Below the pieces are notes generated by a model. That model was given only the letters and a program-made list of their open reading frames with translations. It made no database searches and was not told where the DNA came from. The position numbers were made by a program, and so were the translations under genes. A stretch of DNA of 64,000 bases, from the IMG/VR virus record IMGVR_UViG_3300008262_003210; one strand, 5' to 3'. The DNA comes from a virus. Lineage: Duplodnaviria; Caudoviricetes. Of this stretch, positions 33,765-43,822 are shown in pieces; position 1 is the first letter of the stretch; every line of letters starts with the position of its first letter.

Positions 33765-34385
33765 ATGCAATCATTAAAACACATTGGTAGAATTAAAACC
33801 ACAGGAAAAAAAGTTCTAGTAGCATACAGAACAATTCCTGGAGATGCTTATAGCGCATTAGTTGTACCAACAGAAAACTTACCAGACGAACTTCACAATG
33901 CTATTATTAATCTAGTAGAAAGCCCTGCGGCACAACAGGCATACGAGTTTGCTGAAGCATTAGATCGTACGCAATTTCCAGACGGAAGCCGTATGCTTCC
34001 TAACCTACACGGAAATGGACGTCTAGTTAAAGTAAGTACAAATCAAGTTGAAATGACTCCAACACTTAGCACATCTATCCTACTAAGTGAATTAAATCAA
34101 ATTATTGCTGAACAACGAGGAATTGCAGTCGACGAATTGCATATTAAACCTGGAAGCAACGATGTTGTACAAGTTAAAGAAGTAGCAACTGCTCGCGATT
34201 TAACTGAAACACACGATGTTAGTAAAACATCTTCTCAAAGTATAAACGAATCAGTTCAAACTTCTTTTGATAGTCCAGAATCTGAAGCAAAATTCTATCG
34301 TAGTCAAGCAGACAAGTTAGCTAAACAAGCCGCTGAATTTCGTAGAAAAGCAGAGGAGTTGGTTCCGGCCAAAAAAGCAAAGTGA
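33765..34385 (+). CDS. hypothetical protein
   Basis: 206-aa ORF. Confidence 0.75.
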   Translation: MQSLKHIGRIKTTGKKVLVAYRTIPGDAYSALVVPTENLPDELHNAIINLVESPAAQQAYEFAEALDRTQFPDGSRMLPNLHGNGRLVKVSTNQVEMTPTLSTSILLSELNQIIAEQRGIAVDELHIKPGSNDVVQVKEVATARDLTETHDVSKTSSQSINESVQTSFDSPESEAKFYRSQADKLAKQAAEFRRKAEELVPAKKAK

Positions 34386-34702
34386 TGACCGAGGGAAGAA
34401 ATCTTCCCAAAGAAGTTGTTGATTGTTGGCCTGAAGTATTCGGAGAGGTAAAATTAAATGTTCTACCCTTACGATATTTACACGCAGTTCTTATTACATT
34501 CAAAGACGGAAAAGTTTGGGAAGTTAAAATATCAAAAGATGACCATGACAAAGGTTGGAAATCTTTAGAAGAAACTATCGGCGAGCTCTATAAAAACTAT
34601 GAAAATCGTATTGACAACATTGATTTTCGTTTAGATACACAGAGTATAAAAAAAGATATTGAACGTGGAACTCAAAAATTTTTAAGAAAGAAAAGACTAT
34701 GA
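34382..34702 (+). CDS. hypothetical protein
   Basis: 106-aa ORF. Confidence 0.7.
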   Translation: MMTEGRNLPKEVVDCWPEVFGEVKLNVLPLRYLHAVLITFKDGKVWEVKISKDDHDKGWKSLEETIGELYKNYENRIDNIDFRLDTQSIKKDIERGTQKFLRKKRL

Positions 34703-35394
34703 AAGTAAAATTAATTAGTGTGAGCAAACCAAGTCAAGAAATGTTTGACGAAGGAGTAGGCGATGCTCAAGAGTTAATTGCGTTTTGTGCTAGAGTTAGC
34801 AATCCTAGCAATCAATTTAATTTAGAAACCAGTGAAAAATTAATCAGGTATCTTGTAAAGCACAAACACTGGAGTCCGTTAGAGATGGTAAGCGCCTGTT
34901 TAGAAATTGAAACTACTAGAGATATTGCTAGACAGATTTTAAGACATCGTAGTTTTTCCTTTCAAGAATTTAGTCAGCGTTATGCAGACCCAACAAAAGA
35001 AATCGGAGATGCATTTGTATTAAGAGAAGCACGATTTCAAGATACTAAAAATCGTCAAAATTCTGTTGAACTTGATATGAATGACGAACAACAACGGTTA
35101 TTGGCCTTTGAATGGGAACGTGCTCAAAAACGTGTTCTTTGGGCTGTAGAAAAAGAATACAAATGGGCTATTGAAAATGGCATTGCAAAAGAACAAGCTC
35201 GAGCAGTTTTACCAGAAGGATTAACTGTAAGTAGATTGTATATGAATGGCACACTACGCAGTTGGGTACATTTTATTGAGTTGCGTAGCGCAAATGGAAC
35301 ACAATTAGAACATCAGTTAGTGGCTAAAGAATGTGCTAAAATCATTGCAGATGTATTTCCTATGGCTAGTGAATTTGTTCAAATTGATTCTTAA
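34699..35394 (+). CDS. thyX: FAD-dependent thymidylate synthase
   Basis: HKHWSPLE, RHRSFSFQEFSQRY and ARAVLP ThyX motifs. Confidence 0.95.
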   Translation: MKVKLISVSKPSQEMFDEGVGDAQELIAFCARVSNPSNQFNLETSEKLIRYLVKHKHWSPLEMVSACLEIETTRDIARQILRHRSFSFQEFSQRYADPTKEIGDAFVLREARFQDTKNRQNSVELDMNDEQQRLLAFEWERAQKRVLWAVEKEYKWAIENGIAKEQARAVLPEGLTVSRLYMNGTLRSWVHFIELRSANGTQLEHQLVAKECAKIIADVFPMASEFVQIDS

Positions 35395-36046
35395 GCCATT
35401 CAAAGTCGTTAATCTTTACTAATGCCGGATTATTTCCGGCATTTTGTTCTCCGTACGCTCGGCCGGCGAGTGCGCCTTTTATTGCAAATTCACCAAAAGG
35501 TTTATCTGCACCTACACTACACCATATTTTTAATCGAGCAGATGTTTCTAAATCAACTTGACCTTCAATCACACGGCTAGCTAGTTTACAGCATTCTCTA
35601 AACCCGCTACGCCAAGCACTAAACGGATCAGTATTAAATGCAGTAATATTACTAACCTCTGTCATTGGAATAAAATAAGGACTGATACTAGTGCTCATAT
35701 CTGTATTATTAACATCCATAGCTAATGTTAATTTTTTAGGTAATAATTTAACTCCGCCGTAGCCGTATTCTAAACCATTTATTGGATTTAAACTTCTCCA
35801 AACATGCACATGATCTCTCTGATGCGTCGGTGGTTCGTAGTCAAATTTAAAAGTATCAAGTACTTGGGCATCAGCATCAACTACCCAAAACATTTCAAAA
35901 AAACTTCTTTTTGCGGCTTCTATATGAGCTTGATGTATTCCTTTTACACCGCTAACATGTTTTACAAGAGGAAATCTTTCTTTTAATTTTTGAAAATTTT
36001 CTTCTGATGTAGGTTCGTTGTAACTTATAAAAATTATCTCAAACAT
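35366..36046 (-). CDS. GT-A fold glycosyltransferase-like protein (paralog of 36039-36944)
   Basis: FISYNEP, GVKGIHQAH, VVDAD (DxD), GYGGVKL and AWRSGFRE. Confidence 0.7.
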   Translation of the reverse strand: MFEIIFISYNEPTSEENFQKLKERFPLVKHVSGVKGIHQAHIEAAKRSFFEMFWVVDADAQVLDTFKFDYEPPTHQRDHVHVWRSLNPINGLEYGYGGVKLLPKKLTLAMDVNNTDMSTSISPYFIPMTEVSNITAFNTDPFSAWRSGFRECCKLASRVIEGQVDLETSARLKIWCSVGADKPFGEFAIKGALAGRAYGEQNAGNNPALVKINDFEWLKNQFEQIH

Positions 36047-36944
36047 TTTTACGAAGTATCCTTGGAGTATTATTGTAAACTATCTTAAACATCATACTTG
36101 CTGCAGGATCCATATTAGCTATTTCTAATCCGCACTTTTCTTTTAATTCTTTACCATAAAAATTAATTTGTTCAGTTTTTGTTTCAACAGAAGCATTTTC
36201 ATAATTTTCGTTCCAGTAATTAGTTAACCAGTCAAAATCGCGTACATTAGCATAATCCCAGTCTGTACAATTAGTTAATGCAGCTCCTTCTCTTGCTCCA
36301 AGAATACTGTAAATTCCATTTTCAACATCTGCTCCTACACTACACCAAATTAACAATCTATGATAGTTTTGCCACCAGATTTTTTTGATATCGCTGACTC
36401 TTGCACCTTGATCCAATGACATCTTTACACCTTCACGAAATCCTGCTCGCCATGCTTGAAAGGGCGTTGCATTCGTGTAACTAACAGAATAGTTTTCATT
36501 AAACTGGTAATACTTGTCGTCAAAACAAAATTCAACAAGACCTTTTGTATCATTAGGATCACTGTTTTCGTGAGTACGCATGTTGTTAACAAATTTACGT
36601 GTCCACATTTTAAGGCCGCCGTTGCCATACATTAAACCATTGAGGTGAACTTTTCCGCACCAGCTAAACACATGATCTGGCGTTAATCCTAATTCTTCTA
36701 CATCTACTTCAACTTCTAAGAACTTTGGATCTACAATATTATCAGCATCAACAGTAATAAAATATTCAGTATCGCTTAATGCAGCACAGGCTTTGTGTGC
36801 GGCGTCACTGCCTTTAACACCGTGTACACGTTTTGCCCAAGGCACCTTAACACACAAATCTGCGTAATTTTTTTCAGCATTGGGCTCATCATAAGACAAA
36901 AATATAATGTCTTGTTCTATTATTTTAATTTTATCCATTAACAA
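36039..36944 (-). CDS. GT-A fold glycosyltransferase-like protein
   Basis: FLSYDEP, GVKGSDAAH, TVDAD (DxD), GNGGLKMW and AWRAGFRE. Confidence 0.7.
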   Translation of the reverse strand: MLMDKIKIIEQDIIFLSYDEPNAEKNYADLCVKVPWAKRVHGVKGSDAAHKACAALSDTEYFITVDADNIVDPKFLEVEVDVEELGLTPDHVFSWCGKVHLNGLMYGNGGLKMWTRKFVNNMRTHENSDPNDTKGLVEFCFDDKYYQFNENYSVSYTNATPFQAWRAGFREGVKMSLDQGARVSDIKKIWWQNYHRLLIWCSVGADVENGIYSILGAREGAALTNCTDWDYANVRDFDWLTNYWNENYENASVETKTEQINFYGKELKEKCGLEIANMDPAASMMFKIVYNNTPRILRKNV

Positions 36945-37509
36945 TCCTTAATCCATAACTTTTAAAAACTAATTTTGAACTGATTGAAATTTTATCTATT
37001 TTAGATTCGATACTGTGTTGAAAAGGCACAATGTACTCTAAATTAGATAATATCAAATCTTGAACATTAATAATTATAGTTCTAATTAAAAAATCAAAAT
37101 CATCTTCTAGGGTAACAAAAAAAACTAGTTTAGGAGCTGCGGCAACATTATAATAATCTTCAAATCTTGGGTCAAGTCTAATTTCCCATCTTTTTCCTGG
37201 ACCATTCCATGTTACTGTACATTCAACAGAATCACTTGTTTCTTTTATCCACTCAAACACATTATTTTTAAAAGCAAACCCATGATCACCTGCAGGTACT
37301 ATAGCAAGAACAGTTTTTCCAGAATCATCTTTTTTATATCCAATTAGATAATCCTTAAACATTAATCTACCAGTTATAAAACCTTCCGCTTCTTCAAACG
37401 AAATATTTAAACTGTTTTCAAAAGAAGGTTCTTCATAATTAGTCACACCAAGGATAGTTCCAGACTTTCTATCAAAATGTATATAATGGGATAACTTAGA
37501 CACGAGCAA
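36931..37509 (-). CDS. hypothetical protein in the glycosyltransferase block
   Basis: ~190-aa ORF overlapping both neighbours. Confidence 0.7.
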   Translation of the reverse strand: MLVSKLSHYIHFDRKSGTILGVTNYEEPSFENSLNISFEEAEGFITGRLMFKDYLIGYKKDDSGKTVLAIVPAGDHGFAFKNNVFEWIKETSDSVECTVTWNGPGKRWEIRLDPRFEDYYNVAAAPKLVFFVTLEDDFDFLIRTIIINVQDLILSNLEYIVPFQHSIESKIDKISISSKLVFKSYGLRIVNG

Positions 37510-38341
37510 ATCCTTCTAGTTTTGTTATCATTTTTTTAGACATAAAGTTTTTTTCAACATAGTGAAATAATTTAGGTTGTCTTATGTTTCCTACAACTAA
37601 TTGATTTTTAGAATTCAGAACGTAAGGAACAGAATCTTGCCAACTTTCTGGTAATACTGGCCAACCTTGCAAACCTGATTTCATATGTACAAATTGTAGT
37701 GGGCAACATACATCAATTACTGTTTCATGCAATCCTGACATTTCTATTGCTATGGCTGTAGCTAAATCAAGACTCAACCAATTTTGATAACTCACCGGTG
37801 CAAATTTAGTGTAAGCCCATTCCCAGTTATTACACACAAATTCTAAAGTTTTATAAAAAGCTAGTGCATTGTCTGAGAATTTAAAATAGTGACAAGCAAC
37901 ATAAGGATTAGTTAATTTATTATCTGTAAATGCTCTGCGATATATGTCGTCGTGTTTAACAGGTTCTAGTTTATAGTTAAGAACTTGTGAACAAAATCTG
38001 AGATCAAAACGACTACAGTATTTCCACCAGTCTGAAACATCATCTAAAAAAATCATGTCTGCATCGAGGACCATTGTTTCTTTATAAGGAGTAATATGAT
38101 ACAACTTCCATCTATGCTCCGCTTTAAATGTTGTTTCAATTATATCTTTGTTTATCCAAGGAATAGGAATAATATTGTCAAAAACTTTTTTTTGTTTTGC
38201 TGTAAGTTTGTTGTTAGTAACTATGCTAACACTTTTTATTTCTTTTTGAGTAGCTTTGATACTTAGAGCGAGAGCGTATGCTTTTTCAACATAGTTGCAA
38301 TCTTCTATATTTTGAGCAAAAATTAAAAATCCTTTACTCAC
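37496..38341 (-). CDS. GT8-like glycosyltransferase
   Basis: GFLIFAQN, TPYKETMVLDADMIF (DxD) and FVHMK; GTG start at 38341. Confidence 0.7.
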   Translation of the reverse strand: MSKGFLIFAQNIEDCNYVEKAYALALSIKATQKEIKSVSIVTNNKLTAKQKKVFDNIIPIPWINKDIIETTFKAEHRWKLYHITPYKETMVLDADMIFLDDVSDWWKYCSRFDLRFCSQVLNYKLEPVKHDDIYRRAFTDNKLTNPYVACHYFKFSDNALAFYKTLEFVCNNWEWAYTKFAPVSYQNWLSLDLATAIAIEMSGLHETVIDVCCPLQFVHMKSGLQGWPVLPESWQDSVPYVLNSKNQLVVGNIRQPKLFHYVEKNFMSKKMITKLEGFARV

Positions 38342-39179
38342 GTGCATCTCCCATAATTTCTCGTTCAAGACTAATTTTGTTTATAACATGAACATCAAGA
38401 TTTTCTGTTTTTGCTACAGTATACTCTCCTAGACGATCTTTTACTTGTAACAAAAATTTTAAAATTGGACCGTCTGCTGAAATTAAAATATCCCTGTCTT
38501 CAATAAAATTTAATTTTCCCGGTAACTCTACTACAAAATCGCCGTTCATTTTTCCGTTCATTATGTGAATAGCAATACTAAAAGCAAAATCATTTCTAAA
38601 ACTTTCCATATCAATATTGTATAACACTCTGAAATAGAACCAATTCTTTTTTATATAAGAAACTAAATTAAAAAAGGCTTCAACAACAGGATCTTTTTTA
38701 AAAGTAAAAACAGTAGCCCAATATAACGGTATTGAATACGGGTTCATTCGAGTATACGGAGATTGATCCCTCCACCCGGTGATATCAAAACTCTTTTTAT
38801 AAATTTGAAATGGAACGTCTCTATGAATAGCAGATTTTAGTTTGTCAGAACATATAACCATGTCGCTGTCTAAGACTAGAGTTGTATCATACGGTGTAAC
38901 ATCGTAGGCTTGAAATCTTGTTCCATTTTTCCATTCAAGTTTTTTACTGCTAAGGGTGCCATCGTAGAATAGCCTGTTCTGCGATTGTTCAACTGATACA
39001 GGTATAATTTGATCAAATGGGTGGTCTGGATAATTTTTTGTTAGCCATTCTACATTATCTGTAACTAAAGATACTGGTAAATCTAGATATTTTCTAACTC
39101 GTTTTCCACAAAACACAGCAAGTCTTGTGTAATCTATACCAGCGTTGTTGTGAGCAAATATTAATGCACCAGTTGTCAT
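38334..39179 (-). CDS. GT8-like glycosyltransferase (paralog of 37496-38341)
   Basis: GALIFAHN, TPYDTTLVLDSDMVI (DxD) and FRNDFAFSIA. Confidence 0.7.
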   Translation of the reverse strand: MTTGALIFAHNNAGIDYTRLAVFCGKRVRKYLDLPVSLVTDNVEWLTKNYPDHPFDQIIPVSVEQSQNRLFYDGTLSSKKLEWKNGTRFQAYDVTPYDTTLVLDSDMVICSDKLKSAIHRDVPFQIYKKSFDITGWRDQSPYTRMNPYSIPLYWATVFTFKKDPVVEAFFNLVSYIKKNWFYFRVLYNIDMESFRNDFAFSIAIHIMNGKMNGDFVVELPGKLNFIEDRDILISADGPILKFLLQVKDRLGEYTVAKTENLDVHVINKISLEREIMGDARE

Positions 39180-39526
39180 AGATTAACCAGATCAGCAATT
39201 TTTCTTTTTGACTTTAAATCGGCATATTTTATTGAATACTGATTTAATGCAGTCATATACTGCAATAAGATTTCATCAAAAAACTTTTGGACATCTGGAA
39301 CAACAATTGGAAAACCATTAATATCAACAAATGGTACGTCATTTGCATATCCTAGGTCAATCATACTTTTAGTAAAAGTGATTAACTCTGGGCTTATTTG
39401 AAATGTTCCGCCGTTAATGTAGTAGACTATACTTTGTTCAAATTCTTCTGCTATGATCCGACGTTGATTTGACAACGTGGACATGTAATTTGCGATTGCA
39501 AATGCTTTTTCTAAACGTTCATCCAT
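39176..39526 (-). CDS. hypothetical protein, first gene of the GT block
   Basis: 116-aa ORF with GGAG SD. Confidence 0.7.
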   Translation of the reverse strand: MDERLEKAFAIANYMSTLSNQRRIIAEEFEQSIVYYINGGTFQISPELITFTKSMIDLGYANDVPFVDINGFPIVVPDVQKFFDEILLQYMTALNQYSIKYADLKSKRKIADLVNL

Positions 39527-39547
39527 AAAATAACTCCGTAGTGTAAC

Positions 39548-39576
39548 ATACTACACTACTTTAGTTATCTTGTCAA
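39548..39576 (-). promoter_or_regulatory. sigma70 promoter for the glycosyltransferase block
   Basis: Minus strand TTGACA-17 nt-TAGTAT; 8-bp inverted repeat at 39538-39559 over the -10 box. Confidence 0.65.
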
Positions 39577-39594
39577 GATTAAAGGGGAAGTTTT

Positions 39595-40545
39595 TTAGGC
39601 AATACCGGTAGTTGAACCAGTTACTGGAGGAACTGCAACATTTGATCCAGTAGCACGATTATACTCAACATAACTAGTTAAGGTACCGTCAACTTGCTCG
39701 TCTATACCAAACCCAGGATCTGGAGCCGATACAGGAGCAGTAGAATCATCTGCCCAAACTATGGTAAAGATAATCTTTTTCCTGTCAGTAACACTATTAA
39801 CACGAGCTAATATATAGAATTTATTCAATGCATATAGTCCAGCTGGCGGTGCATCTTTTTGGAATATAAGTGAATCAGTAGCGTTTAATGTATAAAATCC
39901 TGAGTTGATCGGAACTCCGGTTCCTGTACATATAGTTGTATTATGTCTTATTTTTATAATACCCATATTTAAAAGCATTGTTACCCATGTAGTATTTTTA
40001 TTACCAGCAATTCTAGGCACAAAATCAGAACTGAACCAAATTTCTCCGCCAGTGTTCCAAAAATATCTAGCATCGTCAGCTGTTGGCCATTCTGCTGTGA
40101 CTGTTTGTTGGACCGAAGTATTCCAAAGAGCAGATCTAATTTGATTAGGAACTAATGAAAGTTTAGAAGATTCTGTAGCGGGTGGCGGAACTGTAAGATA
40201 GTTTGTATCTGCGTCAGTTGCCATGTCTAAAAAAGCAACTCTCCAACTTTCTTTAACTTGTTCTGATGCTGCAGGAACAGGCAAATTAGTACCAGCAACA
40301 TACCCAACTTCACCTGGTGCTTTTGTACCAATAACTGTACCAGTTTGATGCTGTCTAGCTCTAACAATATCGCTTCGTAAGTTATTCCACTGAGCAAGAG
40401 TTATTTTACTATTTGTACCAACTTGTGCGCTAGATAGTGTTTGGCCGTAACCTTTGTTTCCAGTTCCAGTACCCATAACTAGGGTAATCTTCGATTGAAT
40501 AACATTATAGTCATTAGCAATAATTAACGTATTTTGTCCGGCCAT
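39595..40545 (-). CDS. putative virion structural protein
   Basis: 316-aa Thr/Gly-rich ORF downstream of the fibre genes, preceded by TAAATA (40572-40577). Confidence 0.55.
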   Translation of the reverse strand: MAGQNTLIIANDYNVIQSKITLVMGTGTGNKGYGQTLSSAQVGTNSKITLAQWNNLRSDIVRARQHQTGTVIGTKAPGEVGYVAGTNLPVPAASEQVKESWRVAFLDMATDADTNYLTVPPPATESSKLSLVPNQIRSALWNTSVQQTVTAEWPTADDARYFWNTGGEIWFSSDFVPRIAGNKNTTWVTMLLNMGIIKIRHNTTICTGTGVPINSGFYTLNATDSLIFQKDAPPAGLYALNKFYILARVNSVTDRKKIIFTIVWADDSTAPVSAPDPGFGIDEQVDGTLTSYVEYNRATGSNVAVPPVTGSTTGIA

Positions 40546-40580
40546 TATATATCCTTATACTGTATCTCGAGTATTTATTT

Positions 40581-42113
40581 TTAAAGAATCAAACATTCAA
40601 CAAGTTTGACGTTGTCAGATGTGTTAGATTCTAATGCTATAGCAAATGTATCTGCATTATCTATAGTAACATTAGTATCAACAGATGATTTAGCTGTACC
40701 GTTTGGTCCTGCTACCATCCTATCTCCTTTTTTAACTGCACCAGATACTTTAACCGGAACACGCCCCTTAAGTGCGATAAATGTTCCGCCGGCCAATTCT
40801 GCATTCATCATGTAAGCTGGATTAGCTGAAACTGCCCCAATTGCTCTATCGCCGTTTTGACAGGCTGTAACTTCTTGTTCTCCACCTACTGTAACAACAG
40901 TACCTGTTTCATACTCTTGGTCTGCTAGATATTTTTCAGCCAAGTCAGCATAATTAGCTGCTGTTGCTGTTCCTACAAAGTAAGTTGCTTTCAGAGCACC
41001 TGCTGTGATATTTACACCGTTAATAACTTCAGTACTGTTTGTTCTAACTGCAATAGACCCAGATGACGAAGCTGAACTTGCAGTTCTATAATCGTCTGCA
41101 GCAACGTATAGCGAATCTGATCTTGTTGATGTACCAGCAAATGTTACTGCATTTACTGTTTTAAATCGTAATGCACCGCTACCAATATCTGATTGATTAT
41201 CTACACCTGGTAATATATCTGATCCAACTAACTGTAATGGAGTTTTTGTTGCAGCTCCAACTGTTGTTTGAAATTTGATAGTATCATTTAATTGATTTTG
41301 TATTACTGGAAATGTAGTTAAACCAGTTGTATTATTAAAAACACGTAATCTTGGTGTGTCTCCTACAGTAAATCCAGCGTCACTGAAACCAACTAAACTA
41401 TTAAATACTGCACTTCCTTTTTGAACAAAATTTTCTGCTAGTACACCGCCCAAGCGGTCTGAGTTAGTTGCAGTTCCCCAAAATCTATGATTAGCATTAA
41501 CTGTTTGTCCTAGGAATGTATCGTTATTTGTATAAGCAAGGGTAATACCTTGCTGTATTTTTGTAAATCCGTTAATAGAACTAGTTGTAGGATCTAAAGT
41601 AAATGTAGAATCTGCACTGACTACAAAGATAGTGTCGCCGTCAACGACAGCTTCAATAATTGCGTGGGTTGCACTTAATGTATCACGTACACTACGACTA
41701 CGCATTTGTGTAGTTTGGCTTCCAGCAACACCCTGAGGTCCAACTAATATGTAGCTTGCACCATCCCATGTATACAGTTGTTTATTTTGTGTGTCCCACC
41801 AAAAATCTCCAATTGTTAATCCTGTAGGTGCGCTAGACCCAAGTTCTGCGCCACCGGTTGTACGGAATTTTGCTCCATCGTAGAATTTAAGTTTGCTGTT
41901 GCCAGTGTCATACCATAATTGGCCAGGTAAAGGCTTTGGTGGTTGATTAGTGTTTGCAAAATTCTCAAGCAAAAACAGGAAATTTTCATTCTGAACTTCC
42001 CCGTAACCAGCATAATTTTTGCCAATCAGTTTAAGATCTGTGGAACTGTCAATTGTGCCGTCAGCTACTGTGGCAACAACTTGTCCGTTATATTTGTTAA
42101 TGGTGTATGGCAT
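40581..42113 (-). CDS. tail fibre with a C-terminal intramolecular chaperone/autocleavage (peptidase G2-like) domain
   Basis: Shared N-terminal GKNY..ENF..LLENFA..GQLWYD module; C-terminal YADLAEKY..VSANPAYMMN..GRVPVKV. Confidence 0.75.
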   Translation of the reverse strand: MPYTINKYNGQVVATVADGTIDSSTDLKLIGKNYAGYGEVQNENFLFLLENFANTNQPPKPLPGQLWYDTGNSKLKFYDGAKFRTTGGAELGSSAPTGLTIGDFWWDTQNKQLYTWDGASYILVGPQGVAGSQTTQMRSRSVRDTLSATHAIIEAVVDGDTIFVVSADSTFTLDPTTSSINGFTKIQQGITLAYTNNDTFLGQTVNANHRFWGTATNSDRLGGVLAENFVQKGSAVFNSLVGFSDAGFTVGDTPRLRVFNNTTGLTTFPVIQNQLNDTIKFQTTVGAATKTPLQLVGSDILPGVDNQSDIGSGALRFKTVNAVTFAGTSTRSDSLYVAADDYRTASSASSSGSIAVRTNSTEVINGVNITAGALKATYFVGTATAANYADLAEKYLADQEYETGTVVTVGGEQEVTACQNGDRAIGAVSANPAYMMNAELAGGTFIALKGRVPVKVSGAVKKGDRMVAGPNGTAKSSVDTNVTIDNADTFAIALESNTSDNVKLVECLIL

Positions 42114-42136
42114 TTTCCTCTATTCCTTATTCCTTA

Positions 42137-42144
42137 TATTTATA
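42137..42144 (-). promoter_or_regulatory. T4-type late promoter TATAAATA
   Basis: Exact consensus, upstream of AGGA SDs and ATG 42113. Confidence 0.75.
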
Positions 42145-42160
42145 CTGGTTTGGGCTTACT

Positions 42161-43822
42161 TTAAATGTCCGTTTGATATGTCCATACTGGCCCAATAAGT
42201 TTGTATTCCTTAGAAATACCTGTATCTAAACAATAAACTCGTAAAAATGTGTCTTCATCGTGGTCTGCTGGTGGAAAAATTTTAGTTAAAATTGTTCCAG
42301 CTAATTGTGCTTCTGTTAATGCACCAATGTTTACGCTAAATCCTAAACTTGCTTGACGTACTTTGTTGTCAACATAGTTTTTGTTTGTTGCATCTGTTCC
42401 TGTAGTCGGTGTATCAACATCAGAAATTCGTTTTGAGCTGACACTAACTACACCTGTTCCCTTTGGTGTTAGTGTAATATTACCTGCTGGAATACTAGGA
42501 TTTACAAAACTAATAGTACTGTCGTTGATATTGATATTATCAATTTGTAGTTGATTTAACGTACCTATAGAATTCAAACCTAATGCACTAGTTACTGTTG
42601 TTCCTAAGGCTGTTTGTGAAAGAACTTCAAATGCATTAATTTTATATACATTACCAGTAGCTAAATTTAAGTTTTCACTTGATGTCCACGAATCAGTTGA
42701 AGCTGCCCAAGTTAAAGTTTTATTAGTTGTTCCTGCAAGGCTTATGCCGCCGCCTTCAGCAGTACTGTCTGTAGGAGTATCTACTTTTCCTAACTCAATT
42801 AACAAATCTTCAATGACAATATTTGAAGTGTTAATTGTGGTGGTCAAGCCTTCTACTGTTAAATTTCCTCTAATTCTTGTATCTCCAGATACGTCTAACG
42901 TAGCAGTTGGCGATGCAGTATATAAACCTATATATTGACTTTGTGCATTAATATAGATACTAGGTAATAAACCAACATTGTTTAGACTTTGTATGGCGAA
43001 ATTTTGATTCGCAACATTAGAGTTAATTTGAAAAGAGTTGCCAACGATTTGTACTTCCGTATTCTGATTAGTTCCTAAAACCAATGGATTTCCATTAAGG
43101 ATACGAATAGTGCCGTTGGAAATTGTAAAACCGTCAGCAGGATCTACTTGTAAAAAACTTTGAGCATCTTTAAAAGAACCATCTTCCGCAATTAAACCGT
43201 CTGCTTGACTAGATGGCACATTGAATTTTAATCCGCTTACATTGGCTGCATTAAATCCAACTTTTATGTCTCCAATATAACCTGGTATTTCAGTTGCTGG
43301 AGTAAAAGGTACTATTGCACTACTGAATATTCCTAATAAAACTTGTCCGCAGTATAAAAATAAAGTGGTATGATTAATTTGATTAGTATCAACTATATCA
43401 ACTACATTCCAACCAGACAATCCTTGTTGTGCTGTATATATAGGACCAGCTAATAAATTAGCAGTCCCATCATTAAAAAACATTCGTTGGGTGGCTGTAT
43501 CAATCCAAATATCACCCGACGATATACCGCTTGGTATAGTTGAACTTACTATGGTTCCACCAGTAACCTTAAAACCTGTTCCGTCGTAGACTTTTAAACG
43601 GCCTTCAGTTGTGTCATACCATAATTGCCCTTCTGTTGGTCTGTTAGGCTGACTAGTATTAGCAAAATTTTCTAGTAGTTTAATAAAGTTTTCATTAAAC
43701 AACTCTCCATAACTAGTGGAATTTTTGCCTATTAATGTCAAATCAGTAGTAACCTGATCAATTGTTCCGTCTACAACTTCAGTTAAAACCGTTCCGTTGG
43801 TTTTGTTAATAATATAACTCAT
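42161..43822 (-). CDS. tail-fibre/baseplate-fibre protein (paralogous N-terminus)
   Basis: GKN..YG..ENF.KLLENFA..GQLWYD module; beta-strand Thr/Gly repeats. Confidence 0.7.
   Translation of the reverse strand: MSYIINKTNGTVLTEVVDGTIDQVTTDLTLIGKNSTSYGELFNENFIKLLENFANTSQPNRPTEGQLWYDTTEGRLKVYDGTGFKVTGGTIVSSTIPSGISSGDIWIDTATQRMFFNDGTANLLAGPIYTAQQGLSGWNVVDIVDTNQINHTTLFLYCGQVLLGIFSSAIVPFTPATEIPGYIGDIKVGFNAANVSGLKFNVPSSQADGLIAEDGSFKDAQSFLQVDPADGFTISNGTIRILNGNPLVLGTNQNTEVQIVGNSFQINSNVANQNFAIQSLNNVGLLPSIYINAQSQYIGLYTASPTATLDVSGDTRIRGNLTVEGLTTTINTSNIVIEDLLIELGKVDTPTDSTAEGGGISLAGTTNKTLTWAASTDSWTSSENLNLATGNVYKINAFEVLSQTALGTTVTSALGLNSIGTLNQLQIDNININDSTISFVNPSIPAGNITLTPKGTGVVSVSSKRISDVDTPTTGTDATNKNYVDNKVRQASLGFSVNIGALTEAQLAGTILTKIFPPADHDEDTFLRVYCLDTGISKEYKLIGPVWTYQTDI

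Noticed and set aside
42114-42134. Tandem AGGAATA repeats upstream of the fibre gene as a special element
   Set aside because: Two 7-nt copies of an SD-like word in an AT-rich spacer; most simply a redundant RBS or slippage.
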